Below, piece by piece: positions 50,877 through 63,183 of a stretch of 64,000 nt of DNA. The stretch is taken from positions 141,300,001 to 141,364,000 of the forward strand of contig NC_058368.1 in NCBI RefSeq assembly GCF_018350175.1, read 5' to 3'. A program made the position numbers and the translations under genes. Every line of letters starts with the position of its first letter. Position 1 is the stretch's first letter. The notes beneath the pieces were generated by a model that was given only the letters and a program-made list of their open reading frames with translations, made no database searches and was not told the origin of the DNA. This stretch comes from Felis catus (Eukaryota).

Positions 50877-51602
50877 CTTTAGTACCCAAAGGGAGGCAAG
50901 TATTCTGTTTTAATCATCTTCCTCACCCCAGCAACCTTAAATCTGAGTGGTCACTGCAAGTAACTACACAAATGAAGTCATTCTCAAGTATTTCCTATCT
51001 GAAGCAATGGTAAGACAAATCAAGCACTTTGGGCTCACCGTCTCTGACCTGCGACAGAAGTCTTTAGTGACCTAGCTGTCATCCCTGGCCTATATGAGGG
51101 GCAGGTGCTGGTCTAGTACCAATCTAGCTAACAGGTATTTGGCTGGGGGCAGGGGGGGAATATACCCTGATAAGATTCCTGTTGATCTGAGTTTAGAGGA
51201 ATTGTAGTAAACTAAAACAAAAAATGATTTGGCACCACCAACAAAAAAAGTACACGTACCTTTTAAAAAAATTAATTTTGGGTAGTAATGTAGAGGCAAC
51301 AAAAGTATGCTAAATAAAGGGAGGGAGAGGTCCGAGCACTTTTCTTTGTTAAACATAAGCTCATACAATTTGTGGTATAGAATTTAAAAAATTTTCTATA
51401 CAGATGCCATGTATAATTTAGTTCTGTATCAACCAATATTTGTGCTCTGATCTGAGTACTTTTGAAAATTCACTGCTAAAATTAGACCCATTTCTTAAGT
51501 TAAATACCTGAGAAGCAAGTTGCTGCTGGTTTGCAGGCCCACCAAAAAAAAAAAATTCAACCAGAATTTTATGGAGTAACAAGAAAAAGTAATACATTAT
51601 AA

Positions 51603-51698
51603 GGGGCACTTGGCTGGCTCAGTCATTATAGCATATGACTCTTGACCCCAGGGTTTTGAGTTCAGGCCCCACACTGGGTGTGGAGATTACTAAAAAAT
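51603..51698 (+). mobile_element. Short CanSINE lacking the CT-rich segment, in the WDR41 3'UTR
   Basis: ggggcacttggctggctcagtc...gagttcaggccccacactgggtgtggagattactaaaaaat; TSD-like aagtaatacattataa / aaataatacaatacaa. Confidence 0.85.
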
Positions 51699-51777
51699 AA
51701 ATAATACAATACAAATTTGAGTATTACCCTATATTTGATGTTCAAGGTTCATGCACAAGTATTCCAAATTCCTTCAA

Positions 51778-51930
51778 CTACACAGCAAGATGTAAGTCAC
51801 CATTCTCCTCCAGCTTTTGAAATAATTTTAAACTGCGCAATCCAGATTCTCTTTCTCCATTTTTCCACAAAATAATGAGATGATCAGCAGAACAAGTCAC
51901 TACTCCATGATCTTCAAAGTACAGAAACAT
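51778..51930 (-). CDS. WDR41: WDR41 last coding exon (MFLYFEDHGVVTCSADHLIILWKNGERESGLRSLKLFQKLEENGDLHLAV*)
   Basis: tttacag|ATG...GTG TAG on the minus strand; matches the WDR41 C-terminus as recalled; PDE8B-WDR41 convergent synteny as recalled from human. Confidence 0.95.
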   Translation of the reverse strand: MFLYFEDHGVVTCSADHLIILWKNGERESGLRSLKLFQKLEENGDLHLAV

Positions 51931-52899
51931 CTGTAAAGACATTTAAAGCTACTGATTATAGGAAATTTAAAGAGAAGAGGCAAGGCTAATTATACACTAA
52001 CATGGCTTGTAAAATATGTACCTTGGAGGCTTCTTTGGTTTTGAATATAAAATTCCTTATCATTTTTCATGAGAAATTAATGGTCTATTTATGTGACTAA
52101 TATCCTGTATTTTAATAATCAGAACTGTAACAGCTATATTTTTTGTGAAATACATGAATTCCCATTGAATCTTCTCAATTTTACCATAATCTAATTCTTC
52201 AAGTATTGGTTTTATATCAGAAGTCCTGCCAGAATTGCTTCATCATTTATTGTACGCACTAATAGCTACCAGCAAAATGTAGAAAAAAATCCAAATTCTG
52301 TACGATAAACACTGGCTTCAGCTCTCTAATCAGTCAGTAAGCATTTACTTAGGGAACCCAGGATAATAGATGGCACTACCATGAAAAAGGTGCTAGTTCA
52401 GTTGTTAAAACAAAGACTGTATAATCAGGTCCTAAAAAATGTAGTTCACGCTATGATTTGCCACAGAAAAAGGGAACATAGATCAGTAACCACTGAAAAT
52501 GTCAACGGTTCAAAAACAAAATTTCCCAAATAAAGGGAAGGTCATGCATAGTGAAAGGCTGGGAGCTAAGAATAAAAAATACGGAGTGTTGGTGAGAAGG
52601 CAGCACGAACACCGATGAAGAACAGAGCTCCTCAAAGGCAAGACTGAAATAAAGGATAGAAATACAACATAAAAGAACAAGAGGAAGAGAGTTCTCTCTG
52701 AAATAACACACAGTTTTGAAGATAGCACGATAAGGCCTCAGCTGATGGGATATAAGAGGGGCAATTATGGAAGCAAATACTACAGGAGATGGAAGAGAAA
52801 GAATTTAGATGGCTGAAGAGTAAGGATAAAAATATAAAAGGAGTGAGGAAACTAACACTTAAAAGAGGAAATTTCATAGACACTTTGAATGTTTCCCCC

Positions 52900-53500
52900 A
52901 CCATTTAAAAACCTTTAATGGGTACCTATTTTAAAAATTAAGTCCAAATTCTTCAGCCTTACATACAAGGACATTCATAATCTGACCCAGAACTACTTTC
53001 TCAGGCTTCATCTCCTACTGGCGTCTATTCACGGGAAACCACTGCTCCAGCCTAGCCAGTCTGCTCTTTGCCAGCAAGGAGATCCTATCTACCACATTAC
53101 ATCCTTACTCCCCAACTACACTATAACCACCTAAGCCAAGTTAAAAAGCAGGACAAAATGAAAACAACTGGGCTACCTGTTAGAGGAAAGCAAAGATAAA
53201 CAAGACAGGATACCCAACATCAGGAAACTTACCGTCATAAGGCTAAGTTAACCCTCCCTAACATTCAAGGTACAGGTCAAGCCCATTTTCGATCTTCCAC
53301 TAACCATCTTCTCCTAATTCCTGAGTACTCACTGGGTACAATCATCTGGGTCTATCCTAAACAGCTTAGGTTAACAGCTTACTAGATCTATAGCCTTCCT
53401 GTCTACTCAAGTATGAGTCCCAAGAGGGTAAGGATTATGTTTTAGGTTTCTTTGTAAACTCCAGTGTCTAGTACACTGCCCTAAAATAGAAGAAATGAAT
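52900..53500 (+). mobile_element. L2 fragments
   Basis: aagtccaaattcttcagccttacatacaaggacattcataatctgacc; ccagtgtctagtacactgcc..aaatgaatg. Confidence 0.55.
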
Positions 53501-54176
53501 GCTAGGCATAAATGCACTTCCACATGGAAAGTAATTCGTTCCTCCCTGGCAATGAGACAGGGAAAAACAATTCAAGAAATTCAATCCTTAAGGCTCTGCT
53601 TATACTGTTATCAGTTCCAATCATCTATCTCCATTGATCTTATTCCTTTCATTATAGGCAATAGTGTATATAGTAAAATATTAATGTATTTGGATTTCCC
53701 CAAGTTTGAACTGTATACATAATTCTCAACTAATATTTTCATATATGCACAACTCTAACCAAGCCCTGTGTTTTATGAAGCTAACAATACATCCTTCAAA
53801 AGGAGGTAAAAACAGGGCTCTGTTCTTGAATTTGATTAAGACCCCCTGAATTCAATTCTGGAAGACTTTAACTCTACATATAACCCCAACTGTCCACGCA
53901 CCCTCTACTACTGTTAAACATATGTATTCCACATTATTCACCTTGTCCCATTGTTGGCTGTCTCCATCTCACAAATAATGGTGATTAAGCCCATATTGAG
54001 AAGTAAAACATTCCTTGCTTACTCACATGGTATCTCTGTAAAGGGAGATCTTAACTGCATGTACTATAACCTATCCATGTTTAGATTCAGAAAAAAACGA
54101 TACCAACTGAATGAAGAGCAGCGAGATGCAAAAGTGGGAATTCCCTAAACCTTTATATGCCTATTAAAAATAATAC

Positions 54177-54310
54177 CTCCACAGATGAGGAGTGTCCAAT
54201 CAAATCTCCAATAAGCTCCAATGAACACGGAGTGGCATTTTCCTGTTGCTTTTTAACAGGTTGGCTGGCTTGTTTGTTTACTCTTCCAAATCCCCACATG
54301 TTAAAAAAAC
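54177..54310 (-). CDS. WDR41: WDR41 coding exon ((G)FFNMWGFGRVNKQASQPVKKQQENATPCSLELIGDLIGHSSSVE), 134 nt
   Basis: ttctag|GT TTT...GTG GAG|gtatta. Confidence 0.95.
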
Positions 54311-55146
54311 CTAGAAAAGTAATCATTTCAGTCATTCCCAAAATTACTATGCTCTCTACTCAGAATAAAAGATCAGAAAAACAGAAAATTTAAATGTAAA
54401 TATGTTACTTCCTTTCATCTTAACTACAAGGTTTGTTGCTCATCTCTTTTATTGCCCCTCCTCACCCACTGGTGAAGGTGCATTCACATGACAAAATGCA
54501 CTGGGAATAAAAGAGACCAGCAAAAGGCCTGAATGCCAGTGTCAAAAAAAACAAAACAAAACAAAACAAAAACCACACAACTCAGATCAACAAAGGGTAG
54601 ATGAATAGCAACATGTATGTCCAAATACAATACCCTATGACTTCAGATGACCAGAAGAAACTCCAGAGGTACTAGCATCGGATTTCCTATGCAAAAGATG
54701 CTAATGAACCAGGATTTTGTTTTTCAAACCCAATACCTGCAGGTCAAGAGCTCAGGAGATTATGATATAAACACAAAAGTGTATTTTTCCATAAATTGAG
54801 TTCGATGTTAATGCTTCCAGGCTGAAAGAACACTTTAATGTGATAACTGATGGTACAAATCCCATTTGTGTATCAAGCATTATGATAGACAATATAAAAT
54901 GATTGAATACTTCAATGGGCCATTTGTTCAGATTACCAGAAAGTAAGAGTTTCCCCTTAAAACAGTAAAATACTAGTTGAATTGAAATAAACAGGCAGTT
55001 CTACATTAAAGCAACATTAAGATGTGAATTTGAGATCCCAATTAGCATATGCTTCATGTAAACATGCCTATTTGGAGCACTGTATATTATTCCTGTGGTT
55101 GCACTTAACTGCCTTTCTTCTGTTTTTCATAGGAGAAAAGACACAC

Positions 55147-55235
55147 CTGTTGGTACAGGTTCAGCTGCAAGCTGCTGTTTTTCTCTTAACTCCCAAATGC
55201 GTACACTGCCATCTTCCGAGCATGAGATTAACTGC
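55147..55235 (-). CDS. WDR41: WDR41 coding exon (QLISCSEDGSVRIWELREKQQLAAEPVPT), 89 nt
   Basis: tgacag|G CAG...ACA G|gtgtgt; WD40 motif SCSEDGSVRIWE. Confidence 0.95.
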
Positions 55236-55437
55236 CTGTCAGAAAAAAAATAAATAACTAACAAAAAGCAAGTGCACAACAAGGGCCTATGCTAAATTTG
55301 CAGTGAAAGAAATCAGCGCCCTCAACTGCTTCTCTTCAGCTCTGGGCAGGAGTTGATAAAAATCACTATTTAACATGGCTTTACAATGTAAAGTAAAAGC
55401 ACTTTTACTTTATGTATCATCCCGTTTTTAAAAATGT

Positions 55438-55642
55438 GGAGCGCCTGGGTGACTCAGTCGGTTGAGCGTCTGACTTCAGCTCAGGTCATGATTATCACAG
55501 CTTGTGAGTTCGAGCCCCACATCAGACCTTGTGCTGACAGTTCAGAGCCTGGAACCTGATTCTGTGTCTCCTCCTCTCTCTATGCCCCTCCCCTGCTTGT
55601 GCTCTGCCTCTGTCTCTCAAAAATAAATAAATGTGAAAAAAA
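55438..55642 (+). mobile_element. CanSINE
   Basis: ggagcgcctgggtgactcagtcggttgagcg...tctcaaaaataaataaa. Confidence 0.93.
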
Positions 55643-56139
55643 ATTTTTTTAATGTATTCAGGAAAATTATGAATTAACTACACTTTCACAATATCCTGAA
55701 CAGTCCCCTTCCCTCCTCTCACTGTATCTCTTCTCAGGGTATCTCTTCTCTTCTCACTCTAAAAGTATCCTGCAGAGAAAATAGTATTCCCCTCCTACAA
55801 ACTCAGAAGCCAAATTTACCCTTAGAGGAAAGCCCCACATAACAAGGAGATGACCATTTCTTTCTGGCCATCAACAACTGCAACAATAAGGTGGGTTTAT
55901 GGAAAATACAAGAAGAAAAATAAGCACATAGTGCCCAAAGTCTACTTCTTGTAAATTTTATAACACATTACTACAAACTCTTTTGTTAGAGACAGCCATG
56001 GGTATTCTCCATTTCTAAAAGAATCTAACAGGTCAAACCATGGAGCCAAATAACTTTGCCACTTCAGAAATTACCATGGTGGATCTGGGAAATGGGAATC
56101 TATTTCATTTGTTGTAGAATGGATGGGACGACAGGAAGA

Positions 56140-56282
56140 AACAGGAGACACAGGATCTGAAGCAGGTTCCAGGCTCCGAGCCGTCAGCATAGAGCCCGAC
56201 ACCGGGCTCGAATTCACAAATCGCAAGATCACGACCTGAGCTGAAGTCAGACGCTCAATCGACTGAGCCACCGAGGCACCCC
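56140..56282 (-). mobile_element. CanSINE lacking its 3' CT-rich region and A-tail
   Basis: Only the 5' ~140 nt of the consensus is present. Confidence 0.88.
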
Positions 56283-56403
56283 TGTAAATAACCTTTTTAA
56301 ATAATACTAACATGATCTTTGTCAAAGTTAGGGTGGTATTTTTTCATTAAACTACAGTTGGCAGACTACAGCTCATGGGCTACTCTGGCCCACCTTCTAG
56401 TAC

Positions 56404-56525
56404 CTGTTTGGAAGTTTGGCAATGTGCAGGACACTGGAGTCATGGGCAGTTTTCTGGCAAGCAATCACACGCTTCATTTGAAGGTTATACACATATAAAC
56501 CCCTTCCAACGGCAGCAAATACATT
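56404..56525 (-). CDS. WDR41: WDR41 coding exon (NVFAAVGRGLYVYNLQMKRVIACQKTAHDSSVLHIAKLPN), 122 nt
   Basis: gaccag|AAT...AAC AG|gtacta. Confidence 0.95.
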
Positions 56526-57968
56526 CTGGTCAGGAGAAAAGTTCAAAAATGGACATAAAATTAATCCTTACCACTACGTAGTACAACAGATTTCCAGTCC
56601 TGCTATGACATCAGAAGGCCACTATTACCTTCCGTATTCAATAGGGAACTTCCAAAGAAGTTCTGTATGACAGCTAGAAAGAGGAACTCTGGCTGGCAGA
56701 CTGGCGGTACAGTGGGAGCTGCTGAGGCACAACCTAGATTTTCATTCACCTAACACTATACCCTTAAGAATGCAAGAGACCTACAAATGCAAGGACACAA
56801 AAAAGCCTATGCTATAGTGGCACTATCATCTTAAGATCCTCCGAAGAATTCACAAAAAACATTTTTTCCAAATGTATTATTGGAAAACAACTTTAATCTT
56901 TTGAAGGTACTTTTACCAATATTTTTCTTCTTATAGCCTAACAACATCTCATTTTCCAGAGAAACAAGTTAAAATTTTAGAAGATTAAAGCGACACACTA
57001 AGTTCAGACATGGAGCTGATACTAGAATCAAGGTCATGTTACTCCAGTCCCTTGCTCTTGACTCACACCACACTACCTAGCTTCTGAAATTATTTTGCAC
57101 ATCACTAGACTTTTGGTAGCACTTGCCTGGGAATCCTTTTCTTATGCAATAGGTACCCCAGTGAGGCAGACCTTTCAAAAATCCCTCAAGATCTAGCCTC
57201 CCTGTTTTTACCAAAAAAATTCTCTTGAGGAATTCTTCTCTTCTCTTACATCGAGGCCTACAAACCCAACTCAGACTCACAGTATCTGGACCATAGCATG
57301 CCCTCAAGGCTTACCAGAGTTTAAATGTGGAAAGATCCCCTTGATCCTCTGGATCAGTACTCTGCACTTAGCAGCGCAAAGTGAGGGCAAGTGTCAGGAG
57401 CATTAATGAAAACTGGTCAACGTGCTAAAATCTAGAGCCCTATGGGTAGCAATTCAAATGCAAAGAAACCCCAAAAACTAGTTCTACATATCAGGAAATC
57501 TGTGCAGTTTAAGTGACGTACCAAAGAGCACAAAGGAAATTATAAACACAGCTGGAGAATTAATGAACTCTTGGGCAGCTATTACTCATCAGAATCACTC
57601 TATCAATCACCTATAATCAATAATTAATGTCCCCTTACAGAGAAAACAAACCCCTATAAAAGAAGAAATACTAGGGAAAACAGTAATGCTTTATCAAGCA
57701 TTTATAGCAATTAATACACCTCAATCAAAATTTGTGAGAAGAAAAAATACAAAATGAAAACACTTTAAATACTAATTTTTACAAGCAAAAAAGGTACCAA
57801 ATAAAAAACATAATTTTTAGGGCCATAACTCTTATTTAATCCAACCAAAGATTTCAACAGAGTTTTTAAATCTATAGACATGTAATCACTTCTTTGCCTC
57901 ACAGGAGCTAAGATTAAAATGCTTTTTTAATGGAAGTTCTGCAATCTATGAAAAATTATCAGAACATT

Positions 57969-58219
57969 AAAAAAAATTTTTTAACGTTTACTTATTTTTG
58001 AGAGACAGCTCAAAAAATAAAAAAAAAGACAGCTTTACTTATTGTGAGAGAGGGAAGGGCAGGGAGACAGGGAGACACAGAATCCAAAGTAGGCTCCTGG
58101 CTCTGAGCTGTCAGCACAGTGCCCGAAGCAGCCTAAACACAGGGCTCAAACTCACCAACCTTGAGATCATGACCTGGGCTGAAGTTGGACGCTTAATCAA
58201 CTAAGCCACCCAGGCACCC
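57969..58219 (-). mobile_element. CanSINE with rearranged tail
   Basis: Consensus body; TSD tgaaaaattatcagaacatt / tgaaaaatatcagaacatt. Confidence 0.9.
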
Positions 58220-58315
58220 TGAAAAATATCAGAACATTTTAAAGCACAACTTGAATACGGGGAATGATACCTTTTTATATCCATCATGAGATTAAGTTTA
58301 AAATTTTCTGCTCAG

Positions 58316-58820
58316 CACTCTCAACAATAGCCAAATTAAAAGAGCCTAAATGTCCATCAACTGATGAATGGATGAAGAAATTGTGGTTTATATACACAAT
58401 GGAGTACTACGTGGCAATGAGAAAGAATGAAATATGGCCCTTTGTAGCAACATGGATGGAACTGGAGAGTGTGATGCTAAGTGAAATAAGCCATACAGAG
58501 GAAGACAGATACCATATGTTTTCACTCTTATGTGGATCCTGAGAAACTTAACAGAAACCCATGGGGGAGGGGAAGGAAAAAAAAAAAAAAGAGGTTAGAG
58601 TGGGAGAGAGCCAAAGCATAAGAGACTCTTAAACACTGAGAACTAAGGGTTGATGGGGGGTGAGAGGAGGGGAGGGTGGGTGATGGGTATTGGGGAGGGC
58701 ACCTTTTGGGATGAGCACTGGGTGTTGTATGGAAACCAATTTGTCAATAAATTTCATATATTAAAAAAATAAATAAATAAAAATTAAAAAATAAAAAAAA
58801 ATTTTTTTTAAATAAAAATA
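58316..58820 (+). mobile_element. Young felid LINE-1 3' end (ORF2 C-terminus, 3'UTR, long A-rich tail)
   Basis: Frame KEPKCPSTDEWMKKLWFIYTMEYY...FSLLCGS* ends at 58542; G-rich 3'UTR; aataaa plus tail; TSD-like aaattttctgctcag / aaaatttctgcctcag. Confidence 0.92.
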
Positions 58821-58831
58821 AAAATTTCTGC

Positions 58832-58953
58832 CTCAGGTCATTATCTTACAGTTCATGAGTTCAATCCCCATATCAGGCTCTGCTCTGACAGCACAGAGCC
58901 TGCTTGAGATTCTCTTTCTCCCTCTCTCAAAAATACATAAACTTAAAAAAAAA
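58832..58953 (+). mobile_element. 5'-truncated CanSINE
   Basis: ctcaggtcattatcttacagttcatgagttc...ctctcaaaaatacataaacttaaaaaaa. Confidence 0.8.
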
Positions 58954-59006
58954 ATTAGACACTGGGTGTATTAAAAAAGACAAGTTTACAGATTTTTTTT
59001 CTTTAC

Positions 59007-59191
59007 CTCTTCATCCCATGTGAAGTGATGAATAGAAATGTCATTAGGTTTTTGACAGAGTTTTATTTCTTGTTGGGTGTCCAGCTGTGGAGATGGGTCC
59101 CAGAAGTTGCATTCACGGGCCTGCACTGTCCAGTCCAGAATATTCCAGATGATCATTTCTCCAACATGGGAGCCAGTTACAAAACTCAAAT
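59007..59191 (-). CDS. WDR41: WDR41 coding exon ((D)LSFVTGSHVGEMIIWNILDWTVQARECNFWDPSPQLDTQQEIKLCQKPNDISIHHFTWDEE), 185 nt; upstream exons lie beyond the window
   Basis: gcctag|AT TTG...GAA GAG|gtaaag. Confidence 0.95.
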
Positions 59192-59513
59192 CTAGGCAGA
59201 GTTCATATTTGTCTCTTTAGTGATCATTTTACATACGCCAAAGGTAAAAAAGAAATAGATTGCCGGGTAGTAATGCTCTATAAAACCACAGCATTTAGAA
59301 TAGTGAGGTACCTAGACAAGCCAAACAAAAAGATCAATATAACAACATAGCAAGACCAGAAACAGACTCAAGTTTACTTATTTAGTATGTCATAACAGCA
59401 TTTCAATTCAGTGAGGGAAGAAATGCCTCACACTGGAATATTTGGTTAACTATTTGGGGAACAGAAATAAAAGAACCTTATCTTGGATCATATACTATTT
59501 AGAAGACGGACCC

Positions 59514-59719
59514 AGAGCACCTGGGTGGCTCAGTAAGTTAAGCGTCCGACTTCGGCTCAAGTCTTGATCTCTTGGTTCATGAGTTCGAGCCCTGCATTGG
59601 GCTCTGTGCTGACAGCTTAGAGCCTGGAGCCTGCTTTAGATTCTGTGTCTTGCTCTCTCTGACCCTCCCCTGATTGCACTCTATCTGTCTCTCTCAAAAA
59701 TAAATAATAAACGTTAAAA
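59514..59719 (+). mobile_element. CanSINE
   Basis: gagcacctgggtggctcagtaagttaagcg...ctcaaaaataaataataaacg. Confidence 0.92.
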
Positions 59720-59744
59720 GAAGGGAGGGGAAGGGGAGGGAACA

Positions 59745-60611
59745 GACCCTTCTCCTATGTTTCTCTTTTACTATCACACTACTACCATATAACACTTGTG
59801 ACACCAGATGTGGGAGGGGGGGTTCCCCACACCAAGCAATTGTGACACCAGCTGAGTGTCCAATTTAACTCCTTTCTGACACTCTACCTGGAGGAAGCAT
59901 CAGATCCCCCAGGTTAAGGGCTCAGTCCCACAAGATTCCCTCTACTTCAGATGCCAACTGCAAGTCCAGGTTGTTACCTGTGCTTCTAACCAATCAGCTA
60001 TAAATCAGAGGCTCTCATACCCTCTCCTTGGGTTCAATTAATTTGCTAGAGAAGCTCACAGATCTCAGGAAAACAGTTTACTGTTTACCAGTTTATTATA
60101 AAATACGATAAAAGACAAAGATGAACACCCAGATGAAGGAGATGTGTAGGACAGGGTGTGTGGGAAGGCTGTGGAGCTTCCATGCCCTCTCCAACCATGC
60201 CACTTTCCCAGCACCTCTACATGCTGGGCAATTAGGAAGCTCTCCAAACCCCATACTGTTGGGATTTTTATGGAGGCTTCATCATGTAAGCATGATCAAT
60301 TATTCCATTTCCAGCCCCTCTGTGGAAAATGAGGGGTAGGCTAAAACTTCCAAGTTTCTAGTCATGGTTGGTCTTTCTGGTGACCAGCCCCCATCTAGAA
60401 GCCCACCAAGAAACAAAGGTCTCATTAGAACAAAAGTCACTACTATCACTCAGAAAATGCCAAGAAATATTGATCAGCAAATATTAGACCAAATATTAGA
60501 ACAAAAGATGCTCCCTGAGCTCTTATCACTTAGGAAATTACAATGGTTTTAGGAGCTCTGTGCCAAGAACTGGGGGCAGAGAGCAATATATATTTTTTCT
60601 GTGATTTTACA
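59745..60611 (-). mobile_element. ERV solo LTR (MER21/CarLTR1-like)
   Basis: Minus strand starts TGTAAAATCAC..atatatattgctctctgcccccagttcttggcacagagctcctaaaac; internal gggctcagtcccacaag and aatttgctagagaagctcacaga motifs typical of this group as recalled. Confidence 0.75.
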
Positions 60612-61000
60612 TAGGCCAAAGTAAGTTTCAAATACATTAAAACATAAAAAGTACTTAAAGGATTGAAAAAATAAAGGTAAATGCTTTTATAAATATGGAG
60701 TGCTAAAAAGCTCTAAAGGAGGCAGGGTGGGGAAAGAATGATACATATGTAAATATCTGCTTAGTGAAAACAATCATATTTAAATGACAAAAGGCTGGGA
60801 AAAATTTGCAACTCAGGTATCAAAATGGGTTTATTATACTTGATAAATAAGGAGTTCCTGGAAACCAAATTTTGATAAATACTCCATCACAAAGTGGGCA
60901 AAAGACCTGAACAGACAAAATAAGAAATACAAATGGTCAGTAAACATGTGCAAAGATGTTCAAGTGCCTTAATAATCAAAAAAATCTAAAAGCAGTAAGA

Positions 61001-61209
61001 GGGGCACCTGGGTGGCTCAGTCAGTTAAGCGACCAACTTTGGCTTTGGTCATGATCTCACAGTTCCTGAGTTTGAGTCCCGCATCTGGCTCTGTGCACTG
61101 ACAGCACAGAGCCTGCTTCAGATCCTCTGTCTCCTCCTCTCTGTCTGCCCCTCCCCAGCTTGCATGTGCAATCTTTATCTCTCAAAAATAAACATTAAAA
61201 AATAATAAT
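61001..61209 (+). mobile_element. CanSINE within an old L1 relic
   Basis: TSD aaagcagtaaga (60989-61000) / aaagcggtaaga (61210-61221). Confidence 0.93.
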
Positions 61210-61551
61210 AAAGCGGTAAGATACTACTCAATGACTTGAAAACTGGGAAAGATGAAAAAATAGCAAAGTCCCCAATGCTGGCAAAAGCATAAAATCAACA
61301 TACTTCCGTACTAATGTCCTAGTATAAATTGGTACAATCCTTTCAAATGTGGTGATATGCATCAAAACCTTAAAAAAAACGTAAACCCACTGATCCAACA
61401 ATTCCACTTTTAGAAATTTATCCTGAGGAAAGCACATAAAAGACAAATGTAACAAGGCTATTATACGTAATATTAACAATGTGAATTGGGAACTGAATAA
61501 ATAAGACTTCTATAAAATTAAACAGTAACTGTTATTAAAAATTGAGTTGTA

Positions 61552-61745
61552 GGGGTGTCTGGGTAGCTCAGTTAAAAGTCCAACTTCGATTCAGGTCATG
61601 ATCTCATGGTTTGTGGGTTCAAGCCCTTGAGTCGGGCTCTGTGCTGACAGTGTGGAGCCTGCTTGGGATTCACTCTCCGTCTCTCTCTACCCCTCTGTCA
61701 CTTGCATTCTCTTTCTCTCTCTCAAAATAAATAAATAAACTTAAA
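61552..61745 (+). mobile_element. CanSINE
   Basis: Consensus body; TSD core agttgta on both sides. Confidence 0.92.
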
Positions 61746-62129
61746 AAAATTTTAGTTGTAAAAGTATGTTTATACTGCTACGGAAATATATTCATGACAG
61801 ACAGTTACAAAACAGCAAGCCATATGGATATACACATACATATTCTCAGAAAAACACCTAGAAGTATATGGACCAGTGCTTAATACTGTCGTGTGGGATA
61901 ATTTTCCTTTTTACAGACTTTATGTTTCTCACTCTTTTCTCATTGCTCTACCATGACTAGATATTACTTCTACAATAACAAGTTTTTATTACCTTAAACG
62001 AAAATAAAATTAGTGGGCCAACTAAGACACTTTGTAAATTACATAATTAATAGAAAATGTACTACTGCTGACACTAAAAACTATCTTAAATAAATGTAAT
62101 TTATTTTAATCCTTACATATTTAGGTAAG

Positions 62130-62290
62130 GTAGAAGAGAACAATACAAGGTGAGTCTAAAAACCCAAGTTCTAAATGTGGCTCTGTTACTAGCCATCTAG
62201 TCCTCAAAAAGTCATTTAACCTCTCTGTATCTTGGATTTCTCATGCACTAGATGAAAAAGCCAATAATAAATGTGTACGAATTTAAAAAA
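62130..62290 (+). mobile_element. MIR relic
   Basis: aagtcatttaacctctctgtatcttggatttctcat. Confidence 0.65.
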
Positions 62291-62993
62291 GACATCAAAC
62301 ATTATCTTTGAGTCTCTGGCATTATTCTGAGCTCCTAGTATTATTCCAAATTAATGGTATTAAAACCTCCAGTATTTCTAATTTAGGAATACAAAGATGA
62401 GTTAGTTATGATTTAATGATTCTATTTACCAAATAAGCCAGGACAGAAATATCTAATAATTAGATGAACAATCTCTTAGAAATAAAAAATTACCAGCAGT
62501 CATACATGTAAACTTTATTTTGTCTTGGTTCCAAGACCAAGTTCTATAGTCTATTAACGGACTACTAATAATGGGACAGTTAAAGCTGTACTATTTCCAT
62601 GACCTTCTTTTCCATCCCTTTCCCTCCTCTTTCCAATTTCATTCAAACTACATAAGAAACAGAGACATTAAGGAGTGAAGATTCTTGACACTAACTCTGC
62701 ATGCCATCCTAACAGAGTCAACTGAACTTGAGACCACAGGGCTGTCCGCTCTAACTTAATCTGCCCGAGTGTCTGTGATTCATCTATGCAACAAACAAGA
62801 TATTTGTGCACAGCTGGAATTTTTCACTTAAAACAAAATACTGGCATTCAGCTACGTCAGTGTAGTTTATCACTATAAATTTATCACTATATATTCTCAA
62901 ACAGGTCACTCAGAATGTTTCACACAAAACAAGCTCAATGATATACAGGGATGGATTTTCATCCTATGTTAGTATCAAAAGTCACTTAGTATA

Positions 62994-63183
62994 GGGGCAC
63001 CTGGGTGGCTCAGTCAGCTAAGCGTCTGACTGCAGCTCAGATCATGATCTCATGGTTTGTGGGTTTGAGCCCCGCATCAGGGTCTGTGCTGACAGCTTAG
63101 TCTGGAGCCTGCTTTGGATTCTGTGTCTCCCTCTTCTCTGCCCCTCCCCCCCACACACACACTCTGTGTCTCTCAAAAAAAAA
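62994..63183 (+). mobile_element. CanSINE
   Basis: TSD aaaagtcacttagta at 62977-62991 and 63184-63198. Confidence 0.94.
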
